From Heterodontus francisci (lineage: Eukaryota): DNA of 64,000 nt. Where the stretch lies: the NCBI RefSeq assembly GCF_036365525.1, contig NC_090380.1, positions 96,247,942 through 96,311,941 on the forward strand, read 5' to 3'. Position numbers and translations under genes: made by a program. The notes beneath the pieces are model-generated. The model saw only the letters and a list, made by a program, of their open reading frames with translations, was not told where the DNA came from and did not search any database. Below, piece by piece: positions 26,870 to 40,195 of this stretch; positions within the stretch are counted from its first letter, which is position 1; each line of letters starts with the position of its first letter.

Positions 26870-27169
26870 CCAAGGTTGTGAACAATCTCATTAAACCTGA
26901 GACAATGACCAGGGATGGGGCTGGAATTAATAGCAAGGGTACAGCGTCATTGGCTTCAGTCTTCCCAGTGTTTGACTGGAGGAAGTTTATGCTCATTCAA
27001 GAATGATTGTTGTACAAGCAGTAGAACAGCGAACAGATAGTGGAGGGCTCGAGAGGAGTGATGGCAAGGTAAAGCTTAATGCTATCAGATCACATGTGTA
27101 AACTGACCAAATTTTATTAGGTGATGTCACCAGTATGTAGAGGAGGGAGTGAAGGAAAGATCCTTGGGA

Positions 27170-27395
27170 CAAAAGCAAAATACTGCAAATGTTGGAAATC
27201 TGAAATAAAAACAGAAAATGCTGGAAATAGTCAGCAGGTTTGACTGCATCTGTGGAGAGAGAAGCAGTTGACGTTTCTGGTCGGTGACCTTTCGCTGTTC
27301 TGATGAAAGGCCACCAACCTAAAGTTTTACGTCTGTTCCTCTCTCCAGATGCTGCCAGATCTGCTGAGTATTTCCAGCATTTTCTGTTTTTACTT
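27170..27395. repeat. Inverted (hairpin) pair of Penelope-type terminal repeats
   Basis: aaaacagaaaatgctggaaata..gcatctgtggagag (~27207-27260) is complementary to ctctccagatgc..tatttccagcattttctgtttt (~27341-27390). Confidence 0.7.
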
Positions 27396-27970
27396 ATAAG
27401 ATCCTTGGAGATCTCTAGAGGTAACTGTATGGGAGTGGGATGAGACACCAGTGTTGGAGATGCTCTGGCTATGGTTAGATAGGTAAGAGTGGAACCAAGT
27501 GAAGGCAGTCCCACTGAGCTGGACAACAGAGAGGAATTGGAGGAAGGTGGTGTGATTGATTGCATTGCTCTGAAAAAATTATCTTCTCTCTATATAAAAG
27601 TTTTGTCAGCATCTGCTACATGACAGATGTGTCACTTCTAAACTATCAAAAGAATTTTAAAAAGAGAGGAAGGAATGCTGTCCTTTTCTGATCTTGAGCT
27701 CAGCATTCATCTTGCAATCTGCAAACATTTCCATAAACAATAATTAAACTCTGACTTTATGATCTATTTAGACCACTTCCCCCAAGGAAGTAGCTGAGCA
27801 ATGGCCTAAGGTTAGGAAATAAACACTATAATCATACTTCAGACCCCAGTCTATCTGTCAGCAGCACCACAGGAGATTAGCTAGTAAAATTAAGAAGATG
27901 ATGTGCCAATTATCAGCACTATATTGACAAGGGCGATACAAATTTTTGCTGCTCGGAGAAGTATTTCAAG

Positions 27971-28728
27971 TGTTACGACCAGGTGAGAAAGAGGTCTAGG
28001 GTTCTCTTTTAGCCTTCACCTGGTCTTACTGTAACAGGGTTTAATTTTAAAGACACTGTTTTTAGCTCTCCCTTGGTGAATCCTTGTTCACCACTTTCCA
28101 ATTATAAGGCAAACAAACCAGCACAAACAGGTTTACTTAGGTTTAAAGAAGAAAAGTTGAAATTTATTAACCTTAAACAATTCAGAAAGTGGAAAGGTTT
28201 GAGGCAATTTCCGAATAGTTGTTACGGTTCTTCGAGTTCACTGTAGAGTCCTTGATTGCTTTTCGTTGGGGCCCAGTATTCTTCTTCAACCTTGTTCACT
28301 GTAGGAGACTTTTCTCTCTTGGGGTTCATGTGTCTTCAGTGGATTCAGAAGCTTTTGAGAAAGAGATGGGAGCAGACAGGTGTCAGATCTTCTCAGTCCA
28401 GGAGCAAACAGACGTTTTCAGTTCAAACTATTTGTACAATTCAGAAAACCCCAAGTTGCCAAGCACACCTTGGATTGTATCACTTTAGCAGTCTCTGGAA
28501 TGCTCCTCTTACACACAATACTTGGTGATCAAGGTCCATTGTGGTTTGAATGTGTCAGGGAATGGTCCTTTGTCCTTCCAATCACTGTCTGTTAATATAC
28601 AAATGTCTTTTCCAGCCACAGCTGATCTGTTTAACAAGTCCTTTCTTCATCCAGTAACAGTTTAAAAATCAATGTTCATGACAAAATTAATGTGCCTCAT
28701 TATTGGCAGGTGGGGGCCTAGCATGACT
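27971..28728 (-). mobile_element. Solo LTR
   Basis: tgttacgaccaggtgagaaagagg..gcatgact; 4-bp TSD CAAG; close copy at 40892-41727. Confidence 0.8.
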
Positions 28729-30381
28729 CAAGAAAAAATGAGATAACAGAGCTGAACATTTCTTTCAAAAGTAGCTGAACAGTTTAAATGTGACATTATC
28801 AGTTATTAAAATCAGCAGTACAAGTTTGCTTAAAGTACTTCGAGACAATCCAATTCTCAGAACACCAGATCAAGTCAAAGGGTTAAAATAGGACAAGGCT
28901 CAAATGACAAGACAAATTTTAGATTGGTGTCACAAAGAGTGATCAGTGCATGGAGTTGATATCTGAATAGGATAGTGGAGGCAAAACCCTGGAATTATTA
29001 ATGAAACAACTGAATGTTGTGATTTAGGGAAGGTGGGATATGGCAGGGAAACCTGGAGATCTTTGCTAGAAAAATAGTTGTGATCCATATCTGTCTTGTA
29101 ATTACCTCCACATTCCGTAGTCAAAGATCTAGAGCGATGAGGAGAAATTTTTAGATTGTTGGATCTGGAAAAGGTGGTGGAAGCTGATTGCATAATTAAT
29201 TTTAAAAGGGATTTGAACAGGTATTTGAGGATGAGGAACTTAGAGGGTTATGTACAAAATGAAGCTGTGGGACTAAACTCACCTGCTCTCTTAAAGAGTC
29301 AGCACAGATATGATGTACTGACTGGTGGCCTTCTATGATACTATTATCTGTAATTCTGCACCTCTGATGCCATACACTCATTATAAATTATCTTCCCACT
29401 TGTCCACTCAACTTCTCTAATGCAGTGCCAACATTTTTTTAACAATTGCACATGATTTACATTATAATGTACTTGTGAACCTTTACAGCATTGATCGGTG
29501 AGTCCAATAATATGCTTTATTATATAGGCAGGAGTATTATACTGCATAATTCACAAAGTATAACTGAACTGAGGTGGGTGCAGCTGTGTCCCTTCTACAC
29601 CACACAATCTAATTGCTAAATAAAGGCCCTCAGCTCATTCAAAGCTTAATTGTTAATTGGTCAGAGAACTTTTCAAGTTGAAATGTGCTTGTTCATTCCA
29701 GTCTTTAAATAAGTACAGAACTTTTTTATTTTTTGACAAAAGTGGCTGCAGCATGAAATCTGTATTTGTGATTCCTGTCCACCTGGACACAGAATTTTTA
29801 ATATGCTACTAGGCAATTTCCCATGGTGTGGCAACAAGTGTAGTCTTCTGTGAAGTGGGGCTAGCAAGCAGGTTGATAATTTGACCAAAAGTCAGAAATT
29901 CTGGGCTGGATCTTAACTTTTTGCAATAGTATGAAATGGGTGATAGCAAGTTGATAACCTGTTTTTCTGTCTCTCCCGATTCTTGAAGTCAATGGAAATA
30001 AAAACTCTGCAGAGATGTTTAATGGGCTGCTCGCTTGATATCGCCCATTTTGCACTATGGTACCAAGTCAAGATCTCTGTCTTTATTTTTATATAACCAT
30101 TATACATTTCTATGTTCATATTTATAAGATAAATTCATAATTACCCCCTCCCATAAGTGGTGGCAGTAGTGATGAGAGGGTGTAATCGCAGCATGGCAAG
30201 TTTAAAGATCAAAGAATATTATAACAGAAAAGGTTGACAGGAAATGTGCACAGGCATACAATTTTTAATATATTTATAGATAGGTTTTGCACATTAAGCA
30301 TCTTGGCATGATATGAAGTAACCATGCTGAGTTTGCATGTGAGTTGAGTGGAGTGACTTGTAGTCACATGCTCTGAATATT

Positions 30382-31542
30382 TTAGAATTAGAATTAGAAC
30401 ATTACAGCGCAGTACAGGCCCTTCGGCCCTCGATGTTGTGCCGACCTGTGAAACCATCTGACCTACACTATTCCATTTTCATCCATATGTCTATCCAATG
30501 ACCACTTAAATGCCCTTAAAGTTGGCGAATCTACTACTGCTGCAGGCAGGGCGTTCCACGCCCTTACTACTCTCTGAGTAAAGAAACTACCTCTCACATC
30601 TGTCCTATATCTATCACCCCTCAACTTGAAGCTATGTCCCCTCGTGTTTGCCATCACCATCCGAGGAAAAAGACGCTCACTATCCACCCTATCTAACCCT
30701 CTGATTATCTTATATGTCTCTATTAAGTCACCTCTCCTCCTCCTTCTCTCCAACGAAAACAACCTCAAGTCCCTCAGCCTTTCCTCGTAAGACCTTCCCT
30801 CCATACCAGGCAACATCCTAGTAAATCTCCTCTGCACCCTTTCCATAGCTTCCACATCCTTCCTATAATGCGGTGACCAGAACTGCACGCAATACTCCAG
30901 GTGCGGTCTCACCAGAGTTTTGTACAGCTGCAGCATGACCTCGTGGCTCCGAAACTCGATCCCCCTCCTAATAAAAGCTAACACACCATATGCCTTCTTA
31001 ACAGCCCTATTAACCTGGGTAGCAACCTTCAGGGATTTATGCACCTGGACACCAAGATCTCTCTGCTCATCTACACTACCAAGAATCTTCCCATTAGCCC
31101 AGTACTCTGCATTCCTGTTACTCCTTCCAAAGTGAATCACCTCACACTTTTCCGCATTAAACTCCATTTGCCATCTCTCAGCCCAGCTCTGCAGCCTATC
31201 TATGTCCCTCTGTACCCTACAACATCCTTCGGCACTATCCACAACTCCACCGACCTTAGTGTCATCTGCAAATTTACTAACCCACCCTTCTACACCCTCT
31301 TCCAGGTCATTTATAAAAATGACAAACAGCAGTGGCCCCAAAACAGATCCTTGCGGTACACCACTAGTAACTAAACTCCAGGATGAACATTTGCCATCAA
31401 CCACCACCCTCTGTCTTCTTTCAGCTAGCCAATTTCTGATCCAAAGCTCTAAATCACCTTCAACCCCATACTTCCGTATTTTCTGCAATAGCCTACCGTG
31501 GGGAACCTTATCAAACGCCTTACTGAAATCCATATACACCAC
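30382..31542 (-). mobile_element. CR1 LINE 3' portion with uninterrupted 359-aa RT segment
   Basis: [19 protein letters not shown] and KFADDTK motifs; (TTCTAA)n tail. Confidence 0.93.
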
Positions 31543-31899
31543 ATTTTGTCAGATTTTTTGTTTTACTGCATTGTCTTATGCAGTAGAATGACGAGAATGA
31601 AGCCTTGTAAAATCATTGTTAAAAATTGTCTGATGGAAGATGTGGTCTAACACAGGGAATGAACTTATGTATAGACCAATTGAGTCAAAAATCCAGGAAC
31701 TCCTTTTAAGAAATAAATCTATGCTTATGGTTGGCATCCTTCCATCTATGAAAGATGATGGACACACAGCAAAAAATCCATTTAGTTGGGGTGTCTTCAC
31801 TTGGTGCACCTTTGCTGATGACAGTGAAGACCAATCCTTGATAGGCAGGTTCTGCCACAAGTGCTGCAAGTGAAGCTGCCAAGTGATGCTATGAGTTGT

Positions 31900-34487
31900 T
31901 GGCCGGAACTTTATGCCACCCCAGCGAGCCGGACAGTGGCTCTGGGAGGGCTTCCCGACCCACTCCCATCTCCGCCCCCCTTTACATAGAGTGGGGGGGG
32001 GGAGGCAAAAAACGGGCTGCCAGCCCCAGGACAATCAAGGGCCTACGCCCGTCTCCACTGGGATTTTACCCATGGCAAGTGGGCATCCTGGAGCCGGGAA
32101 AGGCCGCCCGGTGAATGTTGTTGACCTCTCCGTGTCCCGGGGGGGGGGGGCCTGACAATCGGGCACAGGGGGCTGCCCCTGCTTCCCCAACCACCCCCAG
32201 GACCCAAGATGCCACCCTTACCCGCAAACGAGCACTCTTGCCTCGCCGAGGCCCGACCAATTATCCCGGCGAGGCAACCCAAACTTACCTGCAGTCCTGG
32301 CTCCATATCCTTGGCTGGGCTGCAGTCCTAGCAGTGGCCACTGCTCCCGGTCATAGAATCATAGAGTCATACAGCACAGATACAGGCCCTTTGGCCCATC
32401 GTGTCTGTGCCAGCCATCAAGCACCTAAGTAACCTAATGCCATTTTCCAGCACTTGGCCCTTAGCCTTGTATGCTATGGCGTTTCAAGTGCTCATCTAAA
32501 TACGTCTTAAATGTTGTGATGGTTCCTGCCTCTACCACCTCTTCCAGATTCCAACCACCTTCTGGGTGAAATTTCTTTTCCTCAAATCCCCTCTAAACCT
32601 CCTGTCCCTTACCTTAAATCTAAGACCTCTGGTTATTGACCCCTCCACTAAGGGAAAAAGTTTCTTCCTATCTAATCTCTCAATGCCCCTCATAATTTTG
32701 TATACCTCAATCATGTCCCCCCTCAGCCTTCTCTGCTCCAAGGAAAACAAGTCTAGCCTTTTCAGTCTCTCTTCGTTGCTGAAATGCTCCAGCCCAGGCA
32801 ACATCCTGGTGAATCTCCTCTGCACCCTCTCCAGTGCAATCACATCCTTCCTATCGTGTGGTGCCCAGAACTGTACACAGTACTCCAGCTGTGGCTTAAC
32901 TAGTGTTTTATACAGCTCCATCATAACCTCCCTGCTCTTATATTCTCTGCCTCGGCTAATAAAGGCAAGTATCCCATATGCCTTCCTAACCACCTTATCT
33001 ACCTGTGCTGCTGCCTTCAGTGATCTATGGACAAGTACACCAAGGTCCCCATGACCTTCTGTACTTCCTAGGATCCTACCATCCATTGTATATTCCCTTG
33101 CCTTGTTAGTCCTCCAAAAATGCATCACCTCACACTTCTCAGGATTAAATTCCATTTGCCACTGCTCCCCCAACTTACCAGCCCATCTATATTGTCCTGT
33201 AATCTAAGGCTTTCCTCCTCACTATTTACGACACCACCAATTTTCCGTGTCATCCGCGAACTTACTGATTGTACCTCTTATATTCACGTCAAAATCATTA
33301 ATGTAGACTACAAACAGCAAGGGTCCCAGCACCGATCCCTGTGGTACACCACTAGTCACAGGCTGCCATTCGCAAAAACAACCCTCGACCATCACCCTCT
33401 GCCTCCTGCCACTAAGCCAATTTTGGATTCACTTTGCCAAATTGCCCTGGATCCCATGGGCTCTTACCTTCTTAACCAATCTCCCATGCAGGACCTTATC
33501 AAAAGCCTTACTGAAGTCCATGCAGACTACATCTACAACTGCCTTACCCTCATGTACACACCTAGTCACCTCCTCGAAAAATTCAATCAAGTTAGTTAGA
33601 CACGATCGCCCCCTGACAAAGCCATGCTGACTATCCCCGATTAATCCCTGCCTCTCCAAGTGGAGATTAATCCTGTCCATCAGAATTTTTTCCAATAGTT
33701 TCCCAACCACTGATGTTAGACTCACCAGCCTGTAATTACCTGGTTTATCTTTGCTACCCTTCTTGAATAATGGCACCACATTCGCTGTCCTCCAGTTGCC
33801 TGGTACCTCTCCTGTGGCCTGAGAGAATTTGAAAATTTGTGTCAGAGTCCCTGCTATCTCCTCCCTTGCCTCACATAGCAACCTGGGATACATCTCATCT
33901 GGGCCTGGGGATTTATCCACTTTTAAGCCGGCTAAAACTGCTAATACTTCCTCCCTTTCAATGCTAATATGTTCAAGTATATCACAATCCCATTCCCTGA
34001 TCTCTACACCTACTGTATCTCCACTCTGTATCCCATCCCCCTGCCAAATTAATTTAAACCTCCCCCCAACAGCACTAGCAAACCTCCCAGCAAGGATGTT
34101 GGTCCTGTTCCGGTTCAGGTGTAACCTGTCCAACTTGTACAGGTCCCAACTTTGCCAGAAACAGTCCCAGTGATCCAGGAAACTAAAGCACTCCCTCCTG
34201 CATCATCTCCTCAGCCACATATTCATTTGTTCTATCCTACTATTCCTATACTCACTAGCACGTGACACCGGTGGCGCTGCTGGGATGAAGCTGCCGGCCC
34301 GATGATTGGCTGGCAGCTCAATGAGGCGGGACTTCCTCCCTCAATCGGGTGGCAGTCCCACCTTGGGACAATTAAAGCCCGGGGACCCGTAAAATGTGGG
34401 ACGGATCCCCGGGCTAGGCGGAAGTGGGTTTGCCACCGACTTTTACATCGCTGGCCAGCTTCTGTCCGTTGGACGTAAAATCCATCC
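31900..34487. mobile_element. GC-rich MITE split by the CR1 at 32352-34267
   Basis: ggccggaactttatg..cgtaaaatcc ends; host sequence gctcccggt|ggcgctgct rejoins across the CR1 with CCGGT duplicated. Confidence 0.55.
32352..34267 (-). mobile_element. Internally deleted CR1 LINE (ORF1 esterase end joined to ORF2 RT)
   Basis: LHLNRNRTNILAGRF (ORF1 esterase-like) runs into KVDKSPGPD..DFSKAFD; (ATTCTATG) tail. Confidence 0.85.
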
Positions 34488-34624
34488 CGTTGTTATTGAT
34501 GTTAGCACTTGTTGCTAAACTGCTGTAGCAACTGGTCATCATGGTAGTGCACACCAGTCCACAGGGTGTGTTGCCATTACCCTCTTTCACCAGCTGGTGA
34601 CTCCCAGTTGCATTGGTCAACATT

Positions 34625-34935
34625 TAGGGCCTTCTCCACCACGGCAGATGGTGAAATTTGAATTCAATTAATAAATCTGGAATTAAAAAGCTAGTCTAGT
34701 GTGACCATGAAACCATTGTCGATTGTTGTAAAAACCCATCTGGTTCACTAATGTCCTTTCGGGATGGAAATCTGCCATCCTTACCTGGTCTGGCCTACAT
34801 GTGACTCCAGACCCACAACAATGTGGTTGACTCTTAAAATGCCCTCTGAAATGGCCACTCATTTCAAGGGCAATTAGGGATGGGAAATAAATGTTGGCCT
34901 AGTCAGCGACGCCCACATCCCATGAATGAATAGAA
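34625..34935 (+). mobile_element. tRNA-derived SINE (5'-truncated) with CR1/L2-group LINE tail
   Basis: Body matches 57975-58385; 3' ~65 bp match the 3335/8920 LINE tail. Confidence 0.75.
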
Positions 34936-35337
34936 AAAAAATGTCACACTTGCAAGTATCCTTGAAGCGGAGCTTTGGACACCCCATTGGTCATCTGGCC
35001 CTGGCTTCCTCACCATACAGAGAGTCCTTGGCTATGCGACCATCTTCCATCCTGCAGATGTGTCTGATCCACCTATGCTGCCTCAGTTTGATTAGTGCCA
35101 ACACACTTGGGAGCTCTGCCTTTGAGAGGACTGAGGCATTTGTGATTTTGTCAAGCCGGGATATACCCATAATGCTCCACAGACAGCAAAGATGGAAATT
35201 AAAGGAACAGTTCTAGGGTTAGTTATTTTTCTGGATGGATGGGCCAAAACATCTTCCCCATCAATAGCGATCTTGTGAAAGACTGTAATATTGTGAGTCC
35301 TAAATTGCAAAGTTTATATATTTTTCTTTTAGGAATA

Positions 35338-35765
35338 GGTCCATAGTGTGTCAGCCATGGCTTAGTTGATAGCACTCTCACCTCTGATTCTGAAAGTTGC
35401 GGGGTCAAGTTCTACTCAAGTACTGAGGGAGTGCTGTACTGTCGAAGGTGCCGTCATTTGGATAAGATATTAAACTGAGGTCCCGTCTGCCCTCTCAGGT
35501 GGACATAAAACATCCCCTGGCACTGATTTGAAGAAGAGCAGGGGAGTTATCCATAGTGTCCTGACCAATATTTATCCCTCAATCAACATCATAAAAACAG
35601 ATTATCTGGTCATCGTCACATTGTTGTTTGTGGGAGTTTGCAATTTGTAAATTGGCTGCTGCTTTTCCTACATTACCATAGTGACTACATTTCAAAAGTA
35701 GAGTGCTTTGTGATGTCCAGTGGTTATGAAAGGTGCTATATGAATGTAAGTCTTTCTTTTTCTTT
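35338..35765 (+). mobile_element. Deu-domain SINE (SacSINE1/AmnSINE1-like)
   Basis: gtactgagggagtgctgtactgtc..ggtgccgtc..gaagaagagcaggggagtt..cagattatctggtcat core; L2-like tail. Confidence 0.75.
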
Positions 35766-36697
35766 CATAATGGAGGACACCAGCAGGGTTGCAAAGTGGA
35801 GGAGAAAATCGAATTGTGGTTACCTGATGTCAAGCTTGGGTTTTCAAAGGCTATAGATTGTAAGATTATGTCAAGCACCACTACTTTTATTACACAGCCA
35901 TGAGATTAAAGGAACAGGACATTGTCAAAAGTCATTTATCTTCTCTAAAATCAAAAATTACTAATCTCCACAGATTCATAAATGATACTGGATGGTTGTC
36001 AGTGAAGGACAAAACAATAATCAAGTCTCTGGGATCGTCTGACAAACACAAACATGGGTTTTGCTCTCGCGGTTTCTTCTGTCATTTAGCTCGCCCCTGC
36101 TCCACCCTGTTGGATTACTGTCATGTAAAGTACTGACAGCCTTCTAATGCTCTCCATCTAGTCGCACTCTTAATATGTCAGGCAAAAAAAGCACAGTTGA
36201 TAAGAGATATTTTCACTGACGAGTCAGCAGCTTCACTATGATCTTTTAGTAATTTACTGAGTTCCCTGTAGACAATAGATGATAAATGGTTGGACAGGCA
36301 CTGTACCATGATTGTAATGGTATGATGTGTGACAGATGTGTCAAAGCAATTAACAAGGATCATTTCAAGTGTGACACTCACCATAATAGTCCTTTGAAAG
36401 AATCCTGCATGTATCTCATATCAGTCACTTTATAAATGACATGTCTTGCTATTCTTTTTAACCCTAAAACTACAAGCAACCGAACATTCACATGAATCTA
36501 AATGTACAAATGAGGCTCAAATTGTTTCCCCTTTGGAAGAAGCAAAAATGTAGTCATCACTGAGCTTAGTCTTTTGTTGGAAAGTATCTCACAAGCTTGC
36601 TAAATATTATGACAACTGAAGTTTTTCTTAACCAATATATATAACTATAAAAATCTTCATGAAATTGTATCCAATTTCTGTGAACTCATGTATGTTT

Positions 36698-37735
36698 TGT
36701 CAAGAAAAAATGCTATACCAAATGAGGACTTTTAATTCATCAGTTGGAAACCTACATTAAACTTTTTTTCAAAAAGGAGCTGGGCTCTTACAGTTAACTT
36801 TTAAAAAATCGGCAGCCAAGGTGGCCACCACAATTTGCATCTGAAATACCTCATATTCTAGGACATCGAATTGGAGACACGTCTAACAAGAATTCCATCC
36901 AGGACAATGCTTTGGCTAATTGAGTAGATTATCCATATCACTTAGCGGGACATTCAAAGCCATCTTGAGGCATTCATGAGTGGAGATGTCCCTCCAGGAG
37001 GTAAACACAGACAATACCACATGAAGGAGGTTTGGGTTTTAAACTTTGGACCTCATTAAAAACAAAGGGGATTGAGTGAACCATATGACAGTCTCCCCAG
37101 AATGAGTAAAACTGGGAGTTTTGTTACACACAGCAGACAAGCTCCTGAGGCTTTGAAGCAGCCAAGCTTCAAGTGCTAACCAGGCAGAACCTCAGTGAGG
37201 CTGTCTCTCATCATAAGTTTGAGAACCAACCACGCCTACAGATTGCTACAGACAGAGACCCCAGGGGAAGAAAGCCACCTACAACTGTCTCTAAGGAAAC
37301 CCTGAGCCAGATGGGCCAGCCACAAAGTGCAGTTCTACCAGCCAAAGACTTCAAGATCACGACTTCAGCTGGAAGTCAACAAAATTACCCGACCCCACAG
37401 ACTGTATATTATTTTTACTTGTTCTGGACTCTAATCCACCCAGCTATCCCTTATCACTCTGTATCAAGTTTGTGCGTGTGACTCTCGTGCATGTGTCAGT
37501 GAAAGTGTAGCGTAGTTTTATTATTTTTATCCAGATTGGGCTTAGATTTTTTTAAGTACAATAAACTCACCTCTTTCTTGTTTAAACTCAAGATAAACTG
37601 TCTGATTGGTTCTTCACAATCACACAAAGGTAAAAGGTAAAACACTCACTGTTTTAAAAAAAGAATAAAACCTGTTGCGGTCAAACAAGAGGAAGGTCAA
37701 GAAGGCCTTGCGACCGCCCTCACCTGATCGTAACA
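36698..37735 (+). mobile_element. Solo LTR
   Basis: tgtcaag..cctcacctgatcgtaaca; exact 4-bp TSD GTTT; AATAAA on the plus strand. Confidence 0.8.
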
Positions 37736-37808
37736 GTTTATTTACTTCATTGATAATAATAGTACCTGCATCCATATATTGATAAACTACAGTGCCATGA
37801 ATATACAA

Positions 37809-39068
37809 GGGCAGAAAATCCTCCTGGAGTTGCCCATTTTACAGGTGTTAAATGAATGTAATGAGTGTCAATTCCATGGAGAAATGTCTCACATCCGATC
37901 AGGTGTCAGAGTTGTGAGCGCAACCATATTGGCGTAGACCACTGCCCAACTGCTCACAGCACCCACCTGCAATGGTGTTAGCTCCCTTATGTATGTTTCA
38001 GGACTCCTGTACTAAATTAATGAGCAGTGCATGCTCTGGGCCTACTCCGCTCAAGATTCTTCAGTGGTTTCTGAAGCCTAGCAGCAACTGCAATCAAAAG
38101 GAGTGCTCTTCCTGACTCCACAGCACTCTCAAGGGGGTAAGGGCCATTGTCAGCCTGCGATGAGCCCCACTCCCCATTATCTTCACCACCCTCCCCTGGA
38201 ACTTAGCTGAGGACTTCGGCAGCAAGGCAGTTGACAAGGATAGGCATCGACATGTTGCACCACGGACATTTGACAAAATTATTGACTCAGCCACAGACAT
38301 GGGAGCAATTAATCTGTATATGAAGTATATATCTTCAACCTAATGCCATTAAAACACAATCTGCTTTAAAACAGTGAGATACCTGGTATTGTTTTTGCTT
38401 GCACAAATAGCTAATGTCTGCCTGCACACAGCGATGCAGAGAATTCCCATAGATGTGTATCTTTCAGGAGTGAGCTTGATCTCTTTCTCTCCACTCTCTC
38501 TCCCTATCCATGCCCATCTCTCTCCCTCAACTGAGTCCCGCTCTCTCTCTCTATCTCCCCCATTTCTGTGCTGTTGCTCTCCTCTGTCTCTCCCCTCTCT
38601 GTCTATCTCTCTCCCCCTCTCTGTCTCTGTTCCCTGGGCCGCTGCTTGTTTAAAGTGCTGCCTGACTCTCAGTGTGCTCGCTCATCAACGCACCATGCTG
38701 TGCCTCTGGGCTGTGTGCTCGCCTGTTTCCTCTTCTCCTTTTGACCTCTCTCTCCCCCTCCCCCGCAGCAGCCATTCCCACTCACTCCCTGAACCTTGCG
38801 CAAACAGCAGGGGCAGCCGATTCCAGCACGCCTGCGCTGCGAACTGTCAATCAGCATCACCCCACCCAGGCAGCCCGTTGTCAGTCAGTGACACTGAGCA
38901 ATCACAGATAGGCATCTGCTGCCTGTTGGCGCAGGTCCCACCAGCCTCACCGCCTGACATACACTTTAATAGGATAGCCGTCAATCAAAGCCAAGCCATG
39001 GGCTCCCCTGTCAATCACAGAGGATTGGCAGGCTGGATGGAAACCTTTGGCGAGCTGGATTCTAGCCC
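37809..39068. mobile_element. Probable non-autonomous TIR element
   Basis: GGGCAGAAAATCC..GGATTCTAGCCC imperfect inverted ends, ACAA on both flanks. Confidence 0.4.
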
Positions 39069-39862
39069 ACAAGCCGTATGTTGGATAACCCAGTTTTAAA
39101 GTAACCTATCCATGTAAGTTTAAAGGCTTGGATCAAGACATTTGAAATTACCACAGACCTCAAAATTTTTACTACGTACACTGGTGTCCGTGTACAGACA
39201 CATTGCCGACCCCTGGCAGGTGGCCTTAAATCTGATGCTGGCAATTCACGAGCTGTCTTTGGAGGCACGATAGATGCCAGAAGCTGGCCCAAAATATTGT
39301 AATGAACACCAGTGTCCAATTTTTGGTGGCTCTTGGGTCTTCCAGCTCCTGCACACTGCTAGTTATGTGCTCACAAACAGGCCATAACCAAATTTTACCT
39401 GAAGAACTATTACTATTGGCTATCTTTAGCTGCCAGAGTGTATCAGGGCATTAAGCTAATGAGTAGGAAGTCTGACAAACCTAACCTGCCTTGGTAACAT
39501 CTTCAATCACCATAAATACCTGCCCATGATCATGCTAAACATTTGCTTTATGTGACAGGATTTGTAAAGAATCCTTGGAAGTAGTAGTTTGACTTTTTAT
39601 TGCTCTATTGAGTGGAATGAGAGCCTTTGCACATCGAATACCAGGGAATTGAAAGCAAGCGGCAGCTGCATACCCTGTCCGAAAAATTTTTGACAAAGAA
39701 AAAGACTGAAGTTCATGGGAATTCCATTAGTCCAGAGAATGATAAATTTGACGTGTGTAGTGTTTAACCTTTATTACATGTTTGGTGCAACCATCTGTGG
39801 AGAAAAACAATAATTTGATGTTTTGGGTGTAACTCGTGGATAGAACTGAAAAAGGATGAACA

Positions 39863-40195
39863 AGGGTGGCACAGTGGCGCAGTAGTTAGCACCGCAGCCT
39901 CACAGCTCCAGTGACCCGGGTTCAATTCTGGGTACTGCCTGTGCAGAGTTTGCAAGTTCTCCCTGTGACTGCGTGGGTTTTAGCCGGGTGCTCCCGTTTC
40001 CTCCCACAGCCAAAGACTTGCAGGTTGATAGGTAAATTGGCCGTTATAAATTGCCCCTAGTATAGGTAGGGGAATGTGGGGATGTGGTAGGAATATGGGA
40101 TTAGTGTAGCATTAGTGTAAATGGGTGGTTGATGGTCGGCATAGACTCAGTGGGCCGAAGGGCCTGTTTCAGTGCTGTATCTCTAAATAAATAAA
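39863..40195 (+). mobile_element. HE1-type V-SINE (tRNA head, CR1 tail)
   Basis: A/B-box-like gtggcgcagtag..gggttcaattc, V-domain gagtttgcaagttctccctgtgactgcgtgggtttt, CR1 tail tgggccgaagggcctgtttc. Confidence 0.85.

Larger units (their letters stand above)
25900..27565 (-). mobile_element. Degraded L2-type LINE split by a solo LTR and a Penelope-type hairpin
   Basis: L2 3' tail at ~25900-26100; RT remnants (aacactgggaagactgaagcc = NTGKTEA; cagtgggactgcc..ttggttccactcttacc). Confidence 0.6.

Noticed and set aside
26993-27565. 190-aa ORF
   Set aside because: Chance read-through of L2 relic and Penelope-type repeat sequence.
38374-39099. 241-aa ORF
   Set aside because: Low-complexity translation of a CT-rich tract; no recognisable domain.
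39863-39935. tRNA gene
   Set aside because: It is the tRNA-derived head of a V-SINE, not a full cloverleaf gene.
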